Source: Takakia lepidozioides
Taxonomy: Eukaryota; Plantae; Bryophyta
Reading direction: 5' to 3'
Length of the DNA stretch: 64,000 bases
Assembly (NCBI GenBank): GCA_030704615.1
Contig: CM060731.1
Location: 66,712,001 to 66,776,000, forward strand
In this document: piece after piece, positions 11,306 through 20,967 of the stretch
Layout: every line of letters starts with the position of its first letter
Numbering within the stretch: the first letter of the stretch is position 1
Notes under the pieces: model-generated
Database searches by the model: none
Told to the model about the DNA's origin: nothing
The model's input: only the letters and a program-made list of their open reading frames with translations
Translations under genes and position numbers: made by a program

Positions 11306-14228
11306 CATCTGGAGCAGTCGTGTGGTCCTGAAAGGTCCTTGGAGCAGTTCTTAGAGCCATTTCATTCTATGTTTTTTTCATTCTGTTCTACTTGCATCTT
11401 ACTCACTGAGCGCTTTGGTGGGTTGGGATTTATCTCCTTTTTTTCAGGTACACGAAATATGTGCTTATGGAAGGAAATCACCTGAGCGGAATTCCAGACT
11501 ATCTTGACATGTGGTCGGACCCTGCAAACGATCCAACCATGTATACTGCAGGGATATTGAAGGACTGGAGTCCTTCTCACTTCAGAGACTGTGGGTGGTA
11601 CCTTGACTGCCCACCGGAGCACACGACCTTTCAAGAACAGCATATGAAATACTTGAACAATAACGCTGAGATGCTGGCGCCTTTGACTGACGAAGAGTAC
11701 CAACGAAACATAGCAACATTGGCTGCCAAGGAGCCTAATGCTCAGGGAACGCCGCAGAAGGGAAAGAAGGCGGGCCGCAAACCAAAAGACAAGGCTGTTG
11801 ATGTCATAGCCATCTCACCAGCAAAGCCAAAGGACAAAGACAAGTCCAAAGAGAAGGAAAAGGACAAGGGGAAGGAGAAAGAAAAGGAGATGGAGAGTGG
11901 GCAGGACTTTACTGCTAGAAGATATACCCACATTGTTCAGTGCGTGTTCGATGCCAAGCCACACCCTTCCCGTTCTGATTCGGCAGGAGAGATGAAAATT
12001 GTTAATGAGGGTTGGCTGTCGATGATGCAGAGTCAAAAGAGAGGATACACTGGGGTGCCTTTGCCTACCTGGAACAATATAATCTCATTCCTCAATCTGG
12101 TGAGAATTCCAGTTTCTTTCTTTTTTCTCTGAAAGTTTCGTTGGCAGTATTTCAGTCTCGTTCTTTGAGAACATTCTTGCCATCGTTCATATAAAAACAT
12201 GTCTGTTGCAGGTGAGCACAGGTCCCACCTTCGTGTGCGGTGTGCAGAAAACTTATGCGGCCAACATTGTCATTCTCGACATTCCGGATGGCCAGGCTCT
12301 GCCAGAAGTTCTTCCAAAGGGCAAGACGCCAGGCTGGAACAAATTCGAGGACAACTACTGGAGTTGGGTGTTCGGGTTCTGTAATAACTTCCTCTCTGAT
12401 GCAGGGACACTTCTGCTTTTTCAGTCATGTGACAATGATAGTCGTCGGGCATTGGCATCATACCTCAAGTCTTCAGGGTTTGAAGTTTTGCGCACATGGA
12501 ATTGTGTGAACAGCCTCTACCTTGTGAAATGGGGTTTCCCTGGTCAGCTGGTATGCCGTCTCCCTTTTGCTTGTGCTTTCATGATGAGTTTCAATGTTCT
12601 CTGCAGCTCCACTCTAGTAGAATCTGTTATGATCGACACCGATCATCACCGATTCGTGATAAAAAAGATTTTTTTGTGTCTGAGTTCTGAATAGCCGATG
12701 TACACACTTCCACTATAGATTGTGTTTACCACACTAACCTGCTATCTTTGGCAGACGAGGATGTTCGAGGCGATTTGCCTGCGCAGGATTCGCACCTCCA
12801 AGACACCATCCTCCATCCGGAGCTTTGAGATTTCTGACCAGGGTTGTTTCGTCAACCCCCCCTATGAGCCCCATGTCGATGACATTTTATACAACTTCAT
12901 GCAGTCCTGTCAGACTCTGAAAAAACCAGATGGCACTCCCTGGAGAGGTGCAAAGGAATAGTCCCCAGCGTTCATGCAAATACTGCTGGAGTCATGCAGC
13001 CACCACTCTGCACGGGTGGTCGATCTTTCTGTGTCCACAGGTTCGTTCTTTCCCTTCCGAATTGGTTTTCTTTCAACAGTTTCATCTGCTTAAATCCCCC
13101 CCACCAAACTGTTCATGTCCTCCTATCTGGTGCAGGAGCAACTTACCATGCATGCAAGGCAGGCGGAAGAAGCCTTTTTGCATGGAGGGTGATTCTGACC
13201 TCTACAACACAGTGCTCCTCCCCCTTTTGTCTAGCTCCACTTCAGGCACACAGACTGATCGGATTCAAATTCGAAATGATGACGATCCCGAAGATAAGCA
13301 GGTCGACAACGACTTTTCATGTGAGTAAGTGCTAAACCCTCTTTGGGAGCCATATTCAATTTCTCAATAACATCAAAGTTACAGTAATAACTTTTTCAGG
13401 CTGTCTTTCAGGAAAGGCAGCGGTGGATCTTTAGGAGATACAGTCATTTCTGGCAAGTCTGTTTTCGACAGCCCCCTTTCCAATTTTCTGCTTCCTGTTT
13501 ATGCCGAAGCAATGGCACTTCACGCGGCCGAGTCCCTATCCCCTGCCTTTTTACTGCCCAGCCGTAGGTGTATCCAGCGTGGATCCGGTGTTCTAAAATA
13601 CTTAGACTTAGATGCAGAGAAAGCGGGGATACATTGTATTGACTCTGAGTCAGACTGAACTATATTATTTTAATAGTCATTTTCATACTATCTGGAAAAC
13701 GTTGAATCCCCTTCCTCCACCGTAGTTGTTCCTTTAGAACAAATAATAATCACAGAATCAACTTTCATTTAAATTGCAATATGTATGAATCCATCTCACA
13801 AACCTCCCTGACTCTTCTCATATCCATTGTGCATTCATCTACAGTGTATTCATGCGTGTTTCATTCATGAATTTTTTCATTTGTTCAACATCCATTGTAC
13901 ATTCATCCTCTGTACTCTTTAATCCACCCCACAAACCTTCCACACTCATTTCATATACGTTGTGCATTCGTCAAAAGATTTGGTCATGCATCTTCCTGTC
14001 ATAAATTTTTGTCATTGCTCAACATCCATTCTACATTCATCCATTTTACTCTTATCCATCCCTCATTCATCCATCTACATTCATTTTTCACACTCATCCG
14101 TCTGTTTATCATCCAACTGTACATTCATCCATCCTTTATTCAATGCCTTTTATTATGTCGTCCAGCTTGTTTCCGCGGTAAAGGGTGCCAATCCGCGGGA
14201 ATACACTCCACTTCTTTCTGGGCGCGTG

Positions 14229-14337
14229 GTGACGCGGCCTTCACGTGTGATGACGTGGAGTGAGCCCCGTGACGTGGCATTGGCGCAAGGTGACGTGGCG
14301 TGAGCGCAGTTGCGCTCACGTGACCAGGCTCACGCCG
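14229..14337 (+). repeat. Right subterminal TGACGTGG / GTGAGC / GCTCAC array of the MULE
   Basis: Three TGACGTGG copies plus GTGAGC/GCTCAC units just inside the right TSD. Confidence 0.8.
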
Positions 14338-14346
14338 AGGCATCCC

Positions 14347-14515
14347 TGCAGTGGTACCTGCAGGGTTGTGTTGCATGCTATGTGGGCATACTAGTGGTGC
14401 TGCCACTATGCTGGTGTGTGATCGATGCTCAAGAGGTTGGCACATGGGATGCTTGACACCACCTCTTGAAAGGGTTCCTGATGGAGATTGGTTATATCCA
14501 CACTGCTTGGGATAG
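14347..14515 (+). mobile_element. Right TSD and resumed Gypsy pol C-terminus encoding a PHD finger
   Basis: CMLCGHTSGAATMLVCDRCSRGWHMGCLTPPLERVPDGDWLYPHC* follows the C4-H-C3 pattern with one Cys replaced by Tyr. Confidence 0.85.
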
Positions 14516-14599
14516 TGGCAATGGATATGACTAATGGCAGCTAACAAGACATGGGAGGCCAAGCTCATAGGAGTCAATACCCGAGATCTCAGACCCAAG

Positions 14600-14759
14600 T
14601 TCACAGGTTGCAAGACGGCGATTAGGTGGCGACCCGCGGGGTTTGGCTGCGACGGCCCGACGTCACAAACACGCTCCGCGGGGTTGGCGTCGCACGCTCG
14701 GCGCCGCGCGGGGCGTGGGGGCGCGGCTGGCATTGCAAACCCCCCCATTTGCTGTAGTG
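14600..14759. mobile_element. Orphan CACTA terminus
   Basis: Ends in GCTGTAGTG (reverse complement CACTACAGC), preceded by GCGAC/GTCGC subterminal motifs. Confidence 0.7.
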
Positions 14760-14900
14760 CACTAGTCCACCATTAGACTGCCACTAGTCCATCACAATTG
14801 CCCCCCTAGTTGGCGCTTAGGTCCCTCTAAGTCCAGGTAGCCACATGATATGATAGTGGCCATAGCCTCACTAAGACCTCCACCACTGTCCCTACTACAC
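14760..14900 (+). repeat. CCACTAGT-type repeat fragment resembling the LTR-like pieces at 41443 and 52092
   Basis: CACTAGTCCACC...CCACTAGTCC units. Confidence 0.5.
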
Positions 14901-14919
14901 TCAAACTCGATAGATCAAG

Positions 14920-15084
14920 AGGCCGGGTGCAGAAGTTACCCACGCCGGGGCCAGGCGACGACGCCTGGCCGTCGCACGGAGTGATGAAGGGCAAATGGCA
15001 GCCCTTCCGTGTGACGCTAAAGCGTCGCCCCCAGCGAAGGGCAGAAGGCAGCCCTTTCTGGCGACGGCCGCTCGTCGCACGCCG

Positions 15085-15118
<34 letters not shown>

Positions 15119-15420
15119 CTTTCTTGCCATTTCTTTCATCGCAGCCAGTTCTTGCTACACCAGGCCGTCGCATGGTGGCAAAAGGCCCCTGCGACGGCCG
15201 GGCGTCGCAAACTGCCCGGTGCCCTATTCTTTTTTTTATAAAAATGGGTCACAGTTTGCGACGGCTGGCCGTCGCCGTGTGCGACCCCCAGCCTCATAAA
15301 TCCATTCAAAAAAATAGGTCGTAGATGGCAACGGTTGGCCATCGCCGTTTGCGACCCCCGGCCAAAAAACCGCGTCGTAGGTGACAACGCGTGGGGGTCG
15401 CAGGAAGCGACGGCAAGGCT
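14920..15420. repeat. CACTA subterminal region (GCGACG/CGTCGC array, poly-A tract)
   Basis: Inverted similarity to 40740-41442, e.g. TTTGCGACCCCCGGCCAAAAAACCGCGTCGTAGG versus CCTACGACGTGTTTTTTAGTCCAGGGGTCGCAA. Confidence 0.65.
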
Positions 15421-15756
15421 TTCTAGGTTTAGGTTTAGGGCCTTTTGGGGTTCTTAGTTTTTTTTTTTTTTCATATGGTACTGGGATAGGGTGTTTGTTT
15501 TTCTTTATGGTTTAGCTTGTTGTTGTGGACCTTCTTGAAGATTGTGACATTCATTTTGATAATTCTCTTGATACCACATTTGTATGTGTTGCTCCAACAT
15601 ATTCATTGCCTCTGCCTTCTTTCTTGAAAAACTACCAGCCACAGCCATATTTGATGAATCATAGAAATAAAGTATAATATGCATGTACATGTACAATCAA
15701 TCGAAGGGATGGGTCCAGTTTGATGCAAGAATTGTTATGTAGCTTTGATTTTGTGT

Positions 15757-18700
15757 CTAATCAACTTGAACATCATTATCCGGAGCTTCTTCATCCTCAT
15801 CAAGCTGCAAGTCTTCTTGGTCATCGGAGTTATCGTCATAAATGGCCCGGCCCTCAAAAGGCACCTCCGAATCATCCTCCACCTCGTTGTCAATGGCCGT
15901 GTCTTCGTCTCCTTCTCCAACATCCGTATCTTCTAGAGCTTCATCATATAGGGTCCAGGATGCATTGTCCGGGGCGTCATCATCCTCTTCTACCCCCTCT
16001 ACCCAACCTCCATCATCAGCATCATTATGACCAGTCTCTCCGTCCACCGCAATTTCCTCACCCCATGGAGATCCGAGACCATGATAGATACGTCTTCCTC
16101 TTGGCTGAGCATGCACAACCACCTTCCAATTCCCCCCTCTTGTTTTGTCATCGGAGAAGAAAACTTGCTCCATGTCTGAAGGCCGTGAAAAAGGCTCATC
16201 GGAGGGACGATGAGTAGGGTTGAGCCTATCTGCATTGACGCGCATGAAACCACAATCATCTTGCACTATGTTACAGAGGGCCCCACAAGATGTGACTGGA
16301 ACCACCTTCCCTTGAAGAGAAGAGGTCGGTACCTTGTATACTGAAGTTGGAGTACGCTCTCAAGCTCTCCAATGTACTCAAGTTTGCTCATAGCAGGTCG
16401 TGTATCTCCCTTGCCCCACACGGAGTCTTGCCAATATGTGGCACACAAGCGAGAATCAAAGGTTGTTTTGCGCTTCATGTCAAGAGCACGAATGCGGAAA
16501 TGACGACCGTGAACCCAAACCGCCGTGTATGAGGTCACAAATTGAGAGGGGCCCCTTGCAATGTCTTGCACCAAATCTGAAACCACCTCTCCTTGAGCAA
16601 CGGCGTCATAAACTGAAGACCGAAGCCACTGTTGGAATGAACTTAGAGGCTGCAATTCCATGGGCAAATTTTGTGAATGAACATTCCGGCGGCCCGCTCC
16701 TCGTCGTGGGCGTCTAGTAACCGGCCTTGGATGGTTCCGCCTCCATGCAAACGTCTCCTCCTCTCGTTGCTGAACAAGATTATTGTATCTTGCCTCCCAC
16801 TCATGTATGGATGGGGTGTTCTTCAGTATGAAGTCATGCGCTTGCTCAATCACCAAGGTCGGCAATTTTACCCTCTTCGATTTTTTGGGCAAAACGATGT
16901 CATTGGTTCGTGCATCCTCCTCTTCCTTCCACATCCGAGGGGCTTCCTCATCCACCCTTGCCATGTACTCCGTGCAATAGAACATAGCTTCTTGCAATGT
17001 ATACCCCTTCGTCATGCTACCCTCCAGGTGCGCCATTTGTCTTACAAATCCTTTCAAAGTCTTCATATAACGCTCAAGGAAGTACATCCACCGAGAATGA
17101 ACGGGGCCGACAATCGAAGCCTCTTCCACTAAGTGCACTACCAAAGTGCACTTGGATGTCAAAGAAGGAGGGAGGAAGGTGCATCTCCAACATACACATT
17201 ACCTCCGCCGCCTCCTTCTTCATGCGTGGAAAATCTGCTTCTTCCAACTCTTTGGAGCAAATCCACCGGAACAAGCCTCCCAATCTATAGATTGTCTCAC
17301 GAACCTCGGGAGTCAATGTCCCACGTACTGCAATGGACAAGATGTCTTGCAATAGATTGTGGTAGTCATGAGACTTCAAACCATGGACCCTGTCTTCTTC
17401 GCTGAACTTCGTACGGAGGGATGACCCATAACCAGTTGGTGTTCGGACAGCACTTATGGTGGCTATCACTTTCGGTGGCTATCACTTTCTTGTATTCCTC
17501 CTTTGTCCATTGCCAAGGTGCGCGCCTATACTTCCACCGTACAACACCCTTTGGGTCCACACCATTTTGTTCGGCCCATAGATGGCGCATGCGACCCTGC
17601 TCCTCAAGCTTCTTTCTAACACCGATAGAATCTCCTTTTGTAGCCATTCCCTTCTTTGCCAGCGTGCCATGAAGAACCCGAAAAAAGGACGAGCAGACAT
17701 TCTTCTCAATATGCATGGGATCTAGAAGATGGCGAATCTTCAGGTCCTACATATATCCCCACCCACAAAGACTTATACAATTTTTTTTACGTGAAAGTGA
17801 CAATGCAACGCATACCAAATGTGCAATATCACATGCATGCATAGGGATATTGACGGTGTTTTTGTGGAATATGTACCGCCCAATATGACAACGTGTAGAA
17901 GATTGAAAGTCGTTTCATGCCGGGCACGTCCACGTCACCGTCCGTGCCCGCATAGGCCTCCTTCTATCGGTCCTCCCAAAACTGCCCGGACGGTGTCATA
18001 GGGGGGGACGTACTTCCTCTTTGCCATCAAACAAGTGTTTCTCTCTTCTTCTCCATCGATGGCTCATACGAAGAAATTTGCGGTAGTTGGGATACCCCAT
18101 CTTGTGAAGATGGCGGGAGCTATGTGCATCAAGATCATCGCCACAATGCAAGCATGCATGGTACCCTTTGGTACTTAGCCCCGAGCAAACAATTAGTCCT
18201 GTACTACACATCCTGCCACATTAGCAAAAACAAAAAGTTGTCATGTGCATTGCCCATAATGTCATCTACCCCACTACGGTGCACAAGACTGTCGCCGCTA
18301 CTTCAATCAATCCCAATCCTCATCGATATTATCCGGCATTGACAAGTGAATGTACGCGGGTTGTTCATGGGGAACATAATATACCTGGATAATCATGCAT
18401 TGTCCAAAGCAAGATGCCTCTCATCTGAAAAGATTGTCCGGCCATAGGGTCAAGTGAAGCATCCAATGCCGGGACCCCCCTCCATAGCTCCTTAAGTTCA
18501 TCAACAATAGGTCGCAAGTACGTGTCCATGTTTGCCACTTGTTTTTTCCCTATGAGACATTCACATCATTGTTTCAATGCTCCACCAATATGCAGATTAT
18601 ACTACAAAATGAATTACACGTCTTACTCCATGATTATGTCACTCATCAATCTTGCATCCGAATTGCGTCAGAGATCATAAGTTTAATGTAAAGTTGAAGG

Positions 18701-20005
18701 CAATAATAAACATGAAATGAGTACACTCTCCTGGCACAATGGCAGCCAACATGATATGGCATTTTTTAATTGAAAGATATGAAGGGATGTTGTAATTCAC
18801 TATGGTCACCGGCCAAGTGGAATGACTACATGACTGGGCAGAGAATGGGTTGACCCCATCCGAGGAGAAGCCGAGGTGGACATGTCATGGGTCATCCAAG
18901 AGAAAAGGCCACATCTCTTCAATATGCCTCCATGTTTGTGAATCTTGTGGCCCGCACACCTTTCCCGGGGGGCTCCGATGCGAGGCGTGCCATTTCATGA
19001 GTCTGGCCAATTCGGGGCTTCGGTACTGTGCCCTCAATCGTGGGATGATCGGAAAGTAATGCATTTTCTAGGATGAAATACCCCACGCCCTCCACATGTA
19101 ATCATCCCATTAGCACACATAATACAACACCCTTATGCCTTTCCCTTTATGCAGCCTCTCCCTCATTTGGGTGTGAATGGTCAAAACCAAACGTCGCTCC
19201 TTCCACTCCTCACTCACTCCTTCCAAAACCACAATCAGATCTTGCATGAGTACTACTCTCTAAACCCTAAACTTTGTGGAATACACTTTACATACATTGA
19301 GAAGATTAAAGAAAATAATCTTTATGCAAGGGGGAATGGCGCTTATACCTTGCGTGGTACTTTTTTCCCTTGGACATCATCCCGATATCGGTCTTTCTTG
19401 CACTTTGGGCACTTGGTGAGATGCGAATCCTCTCCGTAGTATAGGGTTTTATCACATGGACATGCATGAAAAATCTTATAGCCCATCCCCACAGAGTCCA
19501 AGACTTCGCACGCCTCTTTCCGCGACCGTGGCATCTTGGGTTTCAAGTGTGGAGCAAGGATATAGTCTGCAATAATTCGCATTATAGCAGACATCCCAAC
19601 ATTACTTATGCCAAATCGAATTTGAAGATTGAGCAAAAGTAAGATTGTGGAAAGTCGACTCACTTTCGCCCCTTCGTACAAGGGAGTTCTCGCCTCCCTC
19701 TCCATGTCATTTGAGGGGGCCATTTCAGGATCATCGATTGGCCGGGTTCCCTCTTCATGGGATGCATCAACGCCCACATGATGCATTAAGAGATCCTCCA
19801 TGGCTTGCACATCCTCCTGGTTAATTCCATGTTCATTGTTGTTGTCACTGTCATTATCACTGTCATCGTCATCATCGTCCGGTACCGTTGGAGCGGCGTC
19901 TCGCCCACGGCTCCCGCCTGATGTACTTGGGTTGTTTTCGAATGGGGTGCCAAGAGAAAAGACCGGGAAGGGATGGACAAAGTCCTGATACGAACAAATG
20001 AACAT
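15757..20005 (-). pseudogene. CACTA/En-Spm TnpD-like transposase (Transposase_21, DUF4218, DUF4216-type regions), intron-containing
   Basis: PLYEGAKVS, HACPCD...CPKC, HYFPIIPRL, SSDGVNPF...STWPV, DELKELW, HDYP, MHIEKNV, GLKSHDYH, PPSFFDIQVH, RWMYFLERYMKTLK; stops and frameshifts. Confidence 0.9.
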
Positions 20006-20967
20006 AGGGACATATATTATAATGTGTCATTGCAACCATACACTTCATTATAAGCGAAATGCAAACAACAACCTTCAATGTATGTGTGCATCAAATATGT
20101 CAATCAATAATTACATGTATGTGCGCAACGTACACACATGCAACGTTTCAAACCCAAACAAAATCATTTGCCCCCCCAATGACGCATTCACCCTATCAAC
20201 CAATTTTTGTTTATTAATGGAAAGAAAATCCTCTCGTGCCATTGCACCCAACAAACGGATGTGGCTCAAGCTTCATTTTTTCCTACATGTGCTTGAATAT
20301 GTGTGCAACACATGTACAAAGATCCAGCAGGGAAAAAATAAAATAAAAATAAAAATAAAAAATTGCCTCCCCAACGACGCACTCACCCTTGCACCAATTT
20401 TGAATTAAATCGAATTTAAATGAATTTAAAATAAATATTTGCATTTAGAAAATATATGATTGCGGTTTTGAGTGGCGTAATGATTTTATTTTTAGCTCTA
20501 TTTTGTTCTGTGACATCGGGCTTTGCACCACTACATCCATGCAAAAAATGGGACAAAAAAAAAATGGAAAACAAATAAGTGTATTTCTAGGGTCACTTTT
20601 GCAAAACTCTTTATGAAGAGTGAATGAAGTTGAAGATAATTCAACTTTGGAGTGTAAATGAGAGAACAAAATCTGGTTATGGGTCCAAATGACTTTTGTT
20701 TACTCCCAAATTTTGCACGCACATTGCATATGCTATCATTAAGCATATGGCTTGAAAATGGAATAAAAAAAAAATCATCTGCAGGCGAAACACAATTCTC
20801 CGTCTCTATGACACGTAGCTGCGTTCAACACTAGAATGACCCATTGAATCAACTTGGTTCAAGCTCATTTTTGGTCCACATGTGCATAAGTATGTTTAGA
20901 TCACATATGCAAAGTTGCAACCCACACGAGCAACAAGAAAAAAATTACATCAATCGATTAATCGGAT

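Larger units (their letters stand above)
7808..13328 (+). pseudogene. Spliced ParB/Srx-like + N4-C/N6-A DNA methyltransferase-like fusion gene (~1,050 aa reconstructed)
   Basis: Exons 7808-8104, 8855-9482, 9577-9769, ~9860-10290, 10376-10563, 11448-12099, 12212-12550, 12755-13040, 13136-13328 with phase-compatible GT-AG sites (exon 4 acceptor unresolved). Motifs YVWDGNHRLLAW, VILDIPDG, FLSDAGTLLL, KE*SPAFMQILL...VVDLSVSTGATYHAC...GRSLF.xEGD. Stops at 7931 and 12959; frameshifts near 8960 and 13180. Confidence 0.7.
3793..14346. mobile_element. 10.55 kb MULE-like transposon (copy 2) with a divergent ParB-methyltransferase-like cargo gene
   Basis: 12-bp TSD, subterminal GTGAGC/TGACGTGG arrays at both ends, MULE transposase on minus strand, spliced second gene on plus strand. 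Confidence 0.85.

Noticed and set aside
14901-15387. Poly-K and poly-F ORFs
   Set aside because: Translation artefacts of a poly-A tract in CACTA subterminal DNA
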